From Malacoraja senta (taxonomy: Eukaryota): a stretch of 64,000 nt of DNA. A program made the translations under genes and the position numbers. The notes beneath the pieces were generated by a model. It made no database searches, was not told the origin of the DNA, and saw nothing but the letters and a program-made list of their open reading frames with translations. Below, in pieces: positions 53,647 to 64,000 of the stretch (positions within the stretch are counted from its first letter, which is position 1; each line of letters opens with the position of its first letter). The DNA lies in NCBI GenBank assembly GCA_038087875.1, contig CM075992.1, positions 3,660,001-3,724,000 on the forward strand, given 5' to 3'.

Positions 53647-55027
53647 GTACACAAAAATGCTGGAGAAACTCAGCGGGTGCAGCAGCATCTATGGAGCGAA
53701 GGAATAGGTAAAGTTTCGGGCCGAACCCTTCTTCAGACTGATAGGGGGTGGGGAGAAGAAAGGAAAAAAGGAAAAGGAGGAGGAGGAGCCCGAGGGCTGG
53801 GGGAGGGGAGGAGACAACCAGATGGCTGATGAAGGGGAGGGGACTGCCAGGGCTAGCAGAATTGGGAGAATTCAATGTTCAGGCCACCAGGATGTAGACT
53901 GGCCCAAGCGGAATATGAGGTGCATTTCCTCCAATTTACGGTGTTGCTCGCTGTGGCCATGGAGGAGACCCAGGACAGAGAGGTCAGATACGGAATGGGA
54001 GGGGGAGTTGAAGTGCTGAGCCACCGGGAGTTCAGGTTGGTTATTGCGGACCGACCGGAGGTGTTCGGCGAAACGATCGCCAAGCCTCCGCTTGGTCTCA
54101 CCGATGTAGATCAGCTGGCATCTAGAGCAGCGAATGCAATAGATGAGGTTGGAGGAGATGCAGGTGAACCTCTGTCGCACCTGGAACGACTGCTTGGGTC
54201 CTTGAATGGAGTGGAGGGGGGAGATGAAGGGACAAGTGTTGCATCTCTTGCGGTTGCAAGGGAAAGTACCAGGGAGGGGGTGGTATGGGAGGGAAGGGAA
54301 GAATTGACAAGGTGGCCTGTCCCTTGTCAATTCTTCCCTTCCCTCCCATACCACCCCCTCCCCTGGTACTTTCCCTTGCAACCGCAAGAGATGCAACACT
54401 TGTCCCTTCACCTCCCCCTCCACTCCATTCAAGGACCCCAAGCAGTCGTTCCAGGTGCGACAGAGGTTCACCTGCATCTCCTCCAACCTCATCTATTGCA
54501 TTCGCTGCTCTAGATGCCAGCTGATCTACATCGGTGAGACCAAGCGGAGGCTTGGCGATCGTTTCGCCGAACACCTCCGGTCGGTCCGCAATAACCAACC
54601 TGAACTCCCGGTGGCTCAGCACTTCAACTCCCCCTCCCATTCCGTATCTGACCTCTCTGTCCTGGGTCTCCTCCATGGCCACAGCGAGCAACACCGTAAA
54701 TTGGAGGAAATGCACCTCATATTCCACTTGGGCAGTCTACATCCTGGTGGCCTGAACATTGAATTCTCCCAATTCTGCTAGCCCTGGCTGTCCCCTCCCC
54801 TTCATCAGCCATCTGGTTGTCTCCTCCCCTCCCCCAGCCCTCGGGCTCCTCCTCTGCCTTTTCCTTTTTTCCTTTCTTCTCCCCACCCCCTATCAGTCTG
54901 AAGAAGGGTTTCGGCCCGAAACGTTACCTATTTCCTTCGCTCCATAGATGCTGCTGCACCCGCTGAGTTTCTCCAGCATTTTTGTGTACCTTCGATTTTC
55001 CAGCATCTGCAGTTCCTTCTTTAACAC
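53647..55027. mobile_element. Penelope-like (Neptune-type) retroelement 3' fragment arranged as a ~1.35-kb inverted repeat; GIY-YIG endonuclease remnant
   Basis: Arms ~53647-54312 and 54322-54990 around a 9-nt spacer. Each encodes PGTFPCNRKRCNTC ... NLIYCIRCSRCQLIYIGETKRRLGDRFAEH ... GLN. 15-bp TSD aaggaatgttggttg at 53632-53646 and 55028-55042. Confidence 0.9.
54898..54925 (+). ncRNA. Minimal type I hammerhead-ribozyme-like motif in Penelope terminal repeat
   Basis: CTGAAGA-A-GGGTTTCGGCCC-GAAACGTT: conserved core, stem II hairpin, palindromic ACGT helix III; downstream of the GIY-YIG stop. Helix I pairing is weak. Confidence 0.65.
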
Positions 55028-55355
55028 AAGGAATGTTGGTTGATGTTCCCACCACTATCCTGCAACACCAGGCCCATGTCGGGATGCAAGCAGAAGCCTC
55101 CACGTGCGCATCCCGAGCAATGCTGACGACAGAAACTGTACCACAGTGACTGACTGAAGTAGCCAATTCTGCAACCACCGACCGTCAACCGTCACTGACC
55201 GACCAGAAAGACGTGATGTGGAAGATGGCCGGACACGAGGAAGAAGAAGAAGGCCCATGTCACAATTGTGATAGAATTAAAAGCTATTGCTTGCACCATG
55301 GGGTGCCTACTTTCAGTTAAGTTTTTTTTTTAATTTTGTAAGTTTACTTGCTTAA

Positions 55356-55570
55356 TGGGCCTGTCCCACTTAGGCGACACTTTAGGCGACTGCCAGGGAC
55401 TAGTTTTAATGGAATTCACCTACGACACCTGGCGACAACCTACGTTAACCTATGACAACACCTACATCATCCTACGACAGCAAAAATTGTCGCCGCCGTC
55501 GCCGAAAATGTTTCAACATGTTGAAAATTTTGCGGCAGTCGCCTGTAGTCGCCCAAGTGGGACAGGCCCA
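55356..55570. mobile_element. PIF/Harbinger-like MITE
   Basis: TIR TGGGCCTGTCCCACTT; TAA TSD (55353-55355, 55571-55573). Confidence 0.88.
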
Positions 55571-56631
55571 TAAGCCTCTCCCAGAAAGACCAGTTCCACT
55601 TCGGTCTTCAAAACCTGCCCGACTGGCCACCCTGACCTGGGCGGATCTCAAGGTTATCACTGCTGGGGTATTGGTGTACACAGTAGTTCAATGCAAGGAA
55701 TTATTTTGACAAGGGCGGGGATGCTAGTCCCAGGACACAAACAAATTGCAGGCAGATGCGCCTAGTGCAAACTGGAGGAGTGCCACACTGCTGTCTGCAG
55801 GGTGAGGCCTTATTTACAGCCACTCCTTAGCAACAAGATAACAGTTACTGTCACGGTACTTCCAGCCTTGGGCTGTCAAAATATAGAAAGGTTATTGTTC
55901 AATGCAAGCCCTTCTCCCTTATCCACCAGCTAGCAAATGGCACATTTTACAGATGACTCGGCCAGCACAAGCTTCTCATCCATCAGTCTTTAAATGACAG
56001 CAGTGTTTAGTTTAGTTTAGTTTAGATATACAGCGCAGAAACAGGCCCTTCGGCCCACTGAGCCTGCTCCGTGAACACACTAACACTATCCCACGCACAC
56101 TAGAGCCAATTTACAATTATACCAAGCCAATTAACCTACAAATCTGTATATCTTTGGAGTGTGGGAGGAAAACGGAGAAAACCCACACAGGTCACGGGGA
56201 GAATGTACAAACTCCGTACAGACAGCACCCTGTAGCGTTGCTTTGGCTAAGCATAAAAATACAGATATGCTCAATTCTGACCAACCTCTCTGGTAGCCTG
56301 CCAATCTGAGAAATATGCATTTACAGTATTTCTACTCTTTGCACTCTGCCTGTTAATTCTACCAGAGGACATAGGTTAAGCCAGAGAACAAAGATAAAAC
56401 ACTGCTCTCTGGTTGTGGTAGGATGGTTCAGTTGCCTGATAACAGCTGGGAAGAAACTGCCCCTGAATCTGGAGGTGTGCGTTTACACACTTCTGTACCT
56501 TTTGCCCGATGGGAGAGGGGAGAAGAAGGAGTGGCCAGGGTGCAACTCTTCCTTGATTATGCTGCTGGCCTTGCACGAGGTATACATGGAGTTGATAGAA
56601 GGGAGGTTGGTTCGCTCGCACCTGGACTCAC

Positions 56632-56817
56632 CTTTATGAAGGCATAGCCCGCACCATTGTCTGTGATGGTCAGTCCCAAAGCGTCTTCCGATTTAAAGAT
56701 CTCCACCTCTTTCTTCTGCCCTTTGACGTGGGCAAAGATGAAATCCTCCAGGCCGATCTGACCGCCCAGCAGTTTGTCCATGTCCACTTTATGGGTGTTC
56801 AGAGTGCAGAATATGAT
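56632..56817 (-). CDS. GIPC1: Internal coding exon of GIPC PDZ-domain protein (GIPC1-like): [62 protein letters not shown]
   Basis: 186-bp phase 0-0 exon between tag| (56819-56818) and |gtgagt (56631-56630). Contains GH1 end and PDZ start (ALGL loop). DMDKLL and KGQ.KEVE.FKSEDAL resemble GIPC1 more than GIPC2/3 (from memory). Confidence 0.93.
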
Positions 56818-56901
56818 CTATGGATAAACAGAGAAATACATATACGCTCAATTCAACCAACATTTCACTCGCTAAAGGAAAACAATCGAAGAATATTATT
56901 T

Positions 56902-57333
56902 GTTTAAAAAAGAACTGCAGATGCTGGGAAAATTGAAGGTAGACAAAAAATGCTGGAGAAACTCGGCGGGTGAGGCAGTATCTATGGAGCGAAGGAATAG
57001 GTGACGTTTTGGGTCGAGACCCTTCTTCAAGTCACGTCAAGTCAAGTGAGTTTATTGTCATGTGTCCCAGATAGGACAATGAAATTCTTGCTTGCTGCAG
57101 CACAACAGAATATTGCAAAAAAAAATACAGGACAGTTCAGTTCAATATACACATAAATAAGCAGATAAAGTGCAATAGGCTGTTAATGTGGGATGGGTGG
57201 GTGGGTGGGGGGGGGGGGGGCGGGAACCTCATCAGTCTGAAGAAGGCTCTCGACCTGAAACGTCACCTATTCCTTCGCTCCATAGATGCTGCCTCACCCG
57301 CTGAGTTTCTCCAGCATTTTTGTCTACCTTCGC
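56902..57333. mobile_element. Penelope-derived fold-back element with nested Rex1-like 3' fragment
   Basis: Inverted arms; 12-bp TSD agaatattattt (56890-56901, 57334-57345); internal tcaagtcaag-tailed fragment ~57027-57185. Confidence 0.75.
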
Positions 57334-58719
57334 AGAATATTATTTAGTTCCTAATCCAGTCCCAGGCCACTTCATCTAAACCTGATATTTGTCCCTTCTG
57401 CTCTCCCTCAGTTTCTACTAATGGTATCCATTATTTAATTTGATGGCCTTTTGGTAATATAATTTTAATCTCATTATCTGAGGAAATTTCTAATAAATTC
57501 TCAACTGAATTGATACTACATTGAAACAACGATTATCTTACATAGAGTCATACAGCTTCGAAACAGGCCCAAAATGTTGGGAGTAACTCAGCGGGTCAGA
57601 TAGCATGTCTGGAGACAAGGACTAGGTGACGTTTTGGGTCCGAATCCTACTTCAGACTGAAAGATAGAGAAGGCCAGAACAAAACAGTACTGGCTTTTGT
57701 CTAGATTTGCCTGGATAGCACACAAAATAATGTTTTTCACTGTATCTCAGTGAACCGAACAATAATAGGACTGACACAAAGTGCAAAAGTAACTCAGTGG
57801 ATCAGGCAGCATCTTTGGAGAATGAGGATGGGGGACGTTTTGGGTCAGGACCTTTCTTCGGACTCCGACCCGAAACGTCACCCATCCTTTTTCTCCAGAG
57901 ATGCTGCCTGGTCCACTGAGTTACTTTTGCACTTTGTGTCTACTGTCTGAGTCACTCCAGCACTGTGTGCCTATCTTTGGTATAAACCAGCATCTGCAGT
58001 TCTTCGTTTCTATAATAATAAACCAATATCGATGTCAAAATTTAACTTCCAAACCGTATGGGCCCCACAAGCCTGTTCCAACCGACTGTGGTGACTCAGC
58101 TCCATGGAACCAACCTTTCTCTCAAATTTAATGTCAAATAAAAATCCCAATAATTTCCTTCGCAAGAGAGCGGACCCACAGAGCACTCTTCCGATCAGCT
58201 GAAATAACATGCTTAGACCCAGGGAAACTAAGCCAAGCCATTAGTCCCAGCACATTGAACACTGGTGAGCGCAAAGCCATTCCATTGCACATCGGAGATG
58301 CAAACTGTCCAACTTAATGCCAACTCAGCAGCTCGAGGGAATGAAATAATGATTTGCAGTATTGCATAGCCAATTCTTTCCAGCAGTGCAAAGGTTCTTT
58401 TACACCACGTTTGGAACGCCGTGCACTCGATGTTGGAAGGAGAGAAGATGGCAAGGGAGAGAGTCGAGGTGTATGGTGGAGCCAAGAACCGCTGCTGTAA
58501 CCTTAACAACTGAGCTGAATTTCTTCTGGAAATGTGTCAGGATGCATTTCTTCAAACAAAGGACGTTGGAAAAAGGACACAAAGTCCTGGAGGAACTCAG
58601 GCGGTATCTCTGGAGAACGTGGATGGGTGGCGTTTCAGGCCGAGACCCATCTTCAGACATGTTGTCAAGACAACAACCTCTCCCTCAATGACAGCAAGAT
58701 GGAGGAGCTGGTTATTATC

Positions 58720-59298
58720 AATAGACAATGGACAATAGGTGCAGGAGTAGGCCATTTGGCCCTTCGAGCCAGCACTGCTATTCAATGTGATCATGGCTGA
58801 TCATCCCCAATCAGTACCCCGTTCCTGCCTTCTCCCCATATCCCCTGACTCCGCTATTTTTAAGAGCCCTATCTGGCTCTCTCTTGAAAGCATCCAGAGA
58901 AGCTGCCTCCACCGCCCTATGAGGCAGAGAATTCCACAGACTCACAACTCTCTGTGAGAAAAAGTGTTTCCTCGTCTCCGTTCTAAATGGCCTGCCCCTT
59001 ATTCTTAAACTGTGGCCCCTGGTTCTGGACTCCCCCAACATCGGGAACATGTTTCCTGCCTCTAGCGTGTCCAAACCCTTAACAATCTTATATGTTTCAA
59101 TGAGATTCCCTCTCATCCTTCTAAACTCCAGAGTGTACAAGCCCAGCTGCTCCAATCTCTCAGCATATGACAGTGTCGCCATCCCGGGAATTAACCTTGT
59201 AAACCTACGCTGCACCTCCCTCAATAGCAAGAATGTCCTTCCTCAAATTTGGGGACCAAAACTGCACACAATACTCCAGGTGTGGTCTCACTAGGGCT
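58720..59298 (-). mobile_element. CR1 LINE 3' fragment
   Basis: [12 protein letters not shown]...RTRGHSLRIRG; (ctattgt)n tail. Confidence 0.9.
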
Positions 59299-59686
59299 TC
59301 AGAAAGCAAAGTGGAGTACATGCCCCAATCAACATTAACGGCACCAAAGATGAGATGGCCACGAGTTTGATGTTCCTCTGCATCAACATCACCAGCATTG
59401 TTCTGGACCAACCATACTGATGCTACAGCAGAAGCAGCACATCAAAGCCCAATGAAATACTGCACATCTCCAATTACTCCCACCAACTTTGACAGATGCC
59501 CCGTGGAAACCATTCTCTCGGGATGAATCACAGCTTGATTTAACAACAGCTCTGCCCGAAGAATGCAAGAAGTCGCACAGAGTTGTGATGTAGCCCAGCC
59601 CCTCACTAGGACCAGCCAGGCCCATCACTAGGACCAGCCTCTCCACATCGACCAGCTCCATTTCACCACAGCAGATGAGCAGCTAA

Positions 59687-59965
59687 TGGCCTTGTCTTAC
59701 GGTGCGAGTCCACCCACGAGTGATCCTGAGATTAAAACAAATCAAACTCGTGGTAATCACGTAGAATTAACGTAGCGGGAATGTCGGAACTTGTGGACGT
59801 AACTTAGCGACTCGTAACGCTAACGGCAGGTACTCGGGAAACTTGTTAACTCGTGAAAATCTTTCAACATGATTTCCACGAGTCAAATTTACTCTTGAAG
59901 TAAAAACGTTAACTTTTAAACTCGTTGTAAGAAACGTAGTAGCCCGTGAGTTTAACGTAGTGATC
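59687..59965. mobile_element. Degenerate/truncated member of the same MITE family
   Basis: TAA + decayed TIR tggccttgtcttac; internal ggcaggtactcgggaaa matches the reverse complement of ~4148-4164. Confidence 0.5.
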
Positions 59966-60202
59966 AAATACATTTCTCACACCGGTCATCTCGCTCCCTT
60001 TGGCCAGAAGAAAGAAAAACGTTGACAGCACATACCACCAGATTCAGGAACAGCTTCTTTCCTGCTGTTCTAAGACTACTGAATGGCCACACATTGTGGA
60101 CCTTAGACTTTATCTCTGTAACTATAACACTATAATACTGTAACACTGTATTCTAATCTCTGGTTAGTTTCTCCTTGGGTGACCCATTGTACGTATCTAT
60201 AG

Positions 60203-60422
60203 TGTTTAAGAAGGAACTGCAGATGCTGGAAAATCGAAGGTAGACAAAAGTGCTGGAGAAACTCAGCGGGTGCAGCAGCATCTATGGAGCGAAGGAAATA
60301 GGCAACGTTTCGGGCCGAAACGTTGCCTATTTCCTTCAGGGTTTCGGCCCGAAACGTTGCCTATTTCCTTCGCTCCATAGATGCTGCTGCACCCGCTAAG
60401 TTTCTCCAGCACTTTTGTCTAC
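60203..60422. mobile_element. Penelope-derived fold-back short element
   Basis: Inverted arms; 14-bp TSD gtacgtatctatag (60189-60202, 60423-60436). Confidence 0.85.
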
Positions 60423-60459
60423 GTACGTATCTATAGGTTGATTGTGCTCGTATATAATG

Positions 60460-60681
60460 TAACTACGCCGTGTCACAGAGACAAAGCGACAGCACTGTAA
60501 GGAGAGAGAGAGAAGGGGGCTCGACGACTACCAACCACCGCCAGTCTCCACTGCCCACGTTACACCAAGGTGCGTGGATCGCGGATCGGCCTCTACAGAC
60601 ATCTGCAGACCCACAAGTAGACCACCCTATGGAGAGGAGAGGACAGTCATACTCGTTTCCAGTGACCGCCGATGATGATGT
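60460..60681 (+). mobile_element. RTE-type LINE 3' end
   Basis: SRIGLYRHLQTHK* followed by short UTR and (gat)n tail. Confidence 0.65.
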
Positions 60682-60894
60682 ACTCGTATGTTGTACAATG
60701 TGATATGACGTGCTGTCGAGATTTTCTTTCTTCTGCACACGGTGTAGATTGAAAATGATATTTAAATGCAAGTTGTTGATGTAGAGAAATAGACTGATAG
60801 AATTTAATGCTGGAATTAAGGGGCAAGTGACCAAATGGTAGAACAAGGTAGTACATTGGTTGGGGGAAGGTGGCGAGAGGGGACGGGGATCAAT

Positions 60895-61560
60895 TCCCCA
60901 TCCCCCCCCACCCCCCACGCCGCCAACCAACCCCGCACCCCCCCACACTACCCCTCACCCCCGCCACCCCCCATACACAACCCCCCACCCCCCATACACA
61001 ACCCCCCCCACCCCCCACTACCCCCACCCGCCGCCACACTGCCCCCTACTCCCCCCACAATACCCCCCACCCCTCCCCCACTACACCCCACCCCCCCATA
61101 CACAACCCCCACCTCCCCACACTACCCCCACCCCCCCATACACAACCCCCCACCCCCCCTCACACCTCCCGCCACACTACCCCCACCCCCCACATACACT
61201 ACCCCATACACAACCCCCCACCCACCCCCACACTACCCCCCACCCACCCCCACACTACCCCCCACCCCACACTCCTGCCACCCAACCCTCCACCCCCCCT
61301 ACACTACCCCCCACCCCCCACAATCCCCCACACACACAACCCCCCCCATACACAACCCCCCACCCCCACACACAACCCCTCACCCCTCCCACACAACCCC
61401 TCACCCCCCCCCCCACACACAACCCCTCACCCCCCCACACACAACCCCCCACACACAACCCCCCCAAACACAACCCCCCCCACACACACACCCCCCACCC
61501 ACCCCCACATACAACCCCTCACCCCCCCACACACAGAACTTCCCCACCCTACCCCCCCAC
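60895..61560. repeat. C-rich low complexity (acacaacccc / acactacccc)
   Basis: Direct inspection; G-run rich on the minus strand. Confidence 0.9.
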
Positions 61561-61834
61561 AGCTAGCCAGTTGAGTTGAGTTTATTGTCACGTGTACCGA
61601 GGTACAGTGACAAGCTTTTGCTGTGTACTACAGTCAGTAGAAATACAATACATGATTTACAATCGAGTCATCACAGCATACAGATGGATACATGATAAAG
61701 GGAATAGCGTGAATGATATTTAGTGCAAGATAAAGCCAGTAAAGTCAGATCAAAGATAGTCTGAGGGTCTCCAATGAGATAGATAGTAGTTCAGGACTGC
61801 TCTCTAGTTGTGGTCTTTGGCAAGCAACACCACT

Positions 61835-62280
61835 GACAATAGACAATAGACAATAGGTGCAGGAGCAGGCCATTTGGCCCTTCGAGCCAGCACCGCCATT
61901 CAATGTGATCATGGCTGATCATCCCCAATCAGTGCCCCGTTCCAGCCTTCTCCCCATATCCCCTGATTCCGCTATTTTTAAGAGCCCTATCTAGCTCTCT
62001 CTTGAAAGCATCCAGAGAACCTGCCTCCACCGCCCTCTGAGGCAGAGAATTCCACAGACTCGCCACTCTCTGTGAGAAAAAGTGTTTCCTCGTCTCCGTT
62101 CTAAATGGCTTACTCCTTATTCTTAAACTGTGTGGCCCCTGGTTCTGGACTCCACCAACATCGGGAACATGTTTCCTGCCTCTAGCGTGTCCAAGCCCTT
62201 AACAATCTTATATGTTTCAATGAGATACCCTCTCATCCTTCTAAACTCCAGAGTGTACAAGCCCAGCTGCTCCATTCTCT
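61835..62280 (-). mobile_element. CR1 3' fragment
   Basis: LGLYTLEFRRMRG; (ctattgt)n tail. Confidence 0.85.
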
Positions 62281-63036
62281 GCCATTGCCAGGGTGCACTA
62301 CACAAGGAGGCAAGGAGAACAATTGTCCTGTTGTCAGTCGCAAACTCCACCACAATTCACTGCTGTTTGCGCACATCTGCAACATCCCTCCCCAGGGAGT
62401 TAAACCTGCCCTGCAGTATTCCTGAAAAGCCACCCTGTGCCTTTAGTACAGCAGCTGCAGACCAGCGTTAGACAACAGCCCTGCAAACTGGCTCACTGAA
62501 GCCAGACAACAAAATGCTGGAGTAACTCAGCGGGACAGGCAGCATCTCTGGAGAGAAGAAATAGGTGATGTTTCGGGGCGAGACAATAGACAATAGGTGC
62601 AGGAGCCAGCACCGCCATTCAATATGATTATGGCTGATCATCCACAATCAGTACCCCGTTCCTGCCTTCTCGCCATATCCCTTGACTCCACTATCAATAA
62701 GAGCTCTATCTAACTCTCTCTTGAAAGCATCCAGAGAATTGGCCTCCCTTCTGAAGCAGAGACTTCCACAGACTGACAACTCTCTGGGTGAAAAAGCTAT
62801 TCCTCATCTCCGTTCTAAATGGCCGACCTCTAATTCTTAAACTGTGGCCCCTGGTTCTGGATTCTTCTTCAGACTGAGACCCTTCTTCAGACTTAGATTT
62901 TGCAGACTTCTTGGAAAGAAAAAATGTTAAAACTACATTATTAACAAGTAACAACTCTATCTCGGCACGCCCGAGATTTCTGCATCTTGGCTTCTGGTTT
63001 CATGTTTGCTCCAAACCTAATCATTCCATCAGAGGT

Positions 63037-63219
63037 ACACATAAATGCTGGAGAAACTCAGCGGGTGCAGCAGCATCTATGGAGCGAAGGAGATAGGCAA
63101 CGTTTCGGCCCGAAACGTTGCCTATCTCCTTCGCTCCATAGATGCAGCTGCACCCGCTGAGTTTCTCCAGCATTTTTTGTGTACCTTCGATTTTCCAGCA
63201 TCTGCAGCTCCTTCTTTAA
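63037..63219. mobile_element. Penelope-derived fold-back short element
   Basis: Near-perfect hairpin centred on aacgtttcggcccgaaacgtt; 15-bp TSD cattccatcagaggt (63022-63036, 63220-63234). Confidence 0.85.
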
Positions 63220-63664
63220 CATTCCATCAGAGGTGCGTGTGTCCATGGCTCTCTAGTCCCCATCCCTCCACTGTGCTCCTTATAATCTTCTATTCTGCCC
63301 TATTATTCCAGCATTAAATTCTATCAGGACATTACTCAGGAGTCAAGAGCGTTTAATTGTCATATATCCCGAAAATGGAACGATTAAATTCTCACTTGCA
63401 GCAGAGGCACAGCAGATTCGTAAACACGTGCTCAATAGATAATATAATAAGCAAAACAAACAAAAAGTCCAATAAATACAAACACTTCCAGATTCAGGGA
63501 CAGTTTCTTCCCAGCTGTGATCAGGCAACTGAATCACTCTACCACAACCAGAGAGCAGTGCCTGAACTACTATCCACCTCATTGGTGACCCACGGACTAT
63601 CTTTGATCAGACTTTACTGGCACGATTCCCTTATCAAGTATCTACACGCTGTAAGTGGCTCGAT

Positions 63665-63966
63665 TTCCAGAACCAGGGGCCACAGTTAAGAATAAGGAGT
63701 AAGCCATTTAGAACGGAGACGAGGAAACACTTTTTCTCACAGAGAGTGGTGAGTCTGTGGAATTCTCTGCCTCAGAGGGTGGTGGAGGCCGGTTCTCTGG
63801 ATGCTTTCAAGAGAGAGCTAGATAGGGCTCTTAAAAATAGTGGAGTCAGGGGATATGGGAGAAGGCAGGAACGGGGTACTGATTGGGGATGATCAGCCAT
63901 GATCACATTGAATGGCAGTGCTGGCTCGAAGGGCCAAATGGCCTACTCCTGCACTATTGTCTATTG
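63665..63966 (+). mobile_element. CR1 3' fragment
   Basis: Same 3' end and ctattgt tail. Confidence 0.85.
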
Positions 63967-64000
63967 TAATCATGTATTGTCTTTCCGCTGACTGGATAGC

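Noticed and set aside
56557..56631. C-terminal extension of the GIPC ORF past AFIK
   Set aside because: Read-through of the GT donor into intron and a Rex1 fragment.
60835..61579. Extensin-like Pro/His/Thr ORFs
   Set aside because: Open in all three frames because of C-rich low complexity.

Overview
Repeat-dense vertebrate genomic DNA, most likely a cartilaginous fish (inferred from the CR1/HER1-like LINE, V-domain tRNA-SINE, Rex1 and Neptune repeat landscape), with a 200-N assembly gap at 44885-45084. Recognisable host coding sequence is three minus-strand exons: two GIPC1-like exons (56632-56817, 50490-50670) and one isolated, perfectly conserved VCP/p97 exon (6161-6294). The most notable signal is a Penelope/Neptune-derived family carrying a minimal hammerhead-ribozyme-like motif (CTGAAGA-A-stemII-GAAACGT[C/T]). 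It occurs as dispersed monomers, fold-back hairpins with 12-15 bp target-site duplications, a 51-bp tandem array, a 130-bp head-to-tail dimer, and a 1.38-kb near-perfect palindrome encoding a GIY-YIG endonuclease fragment inside a GIPC1 intron. A PIF/Harbinger-like MITE family sharing 15-bp TIRs but differing internally is also present. Most ORF-track entries are repeat or low-complexity artefacts. Repeat boundaries are approximate unless TSDs or splice sites are given; family names are from recognition, not database searches.
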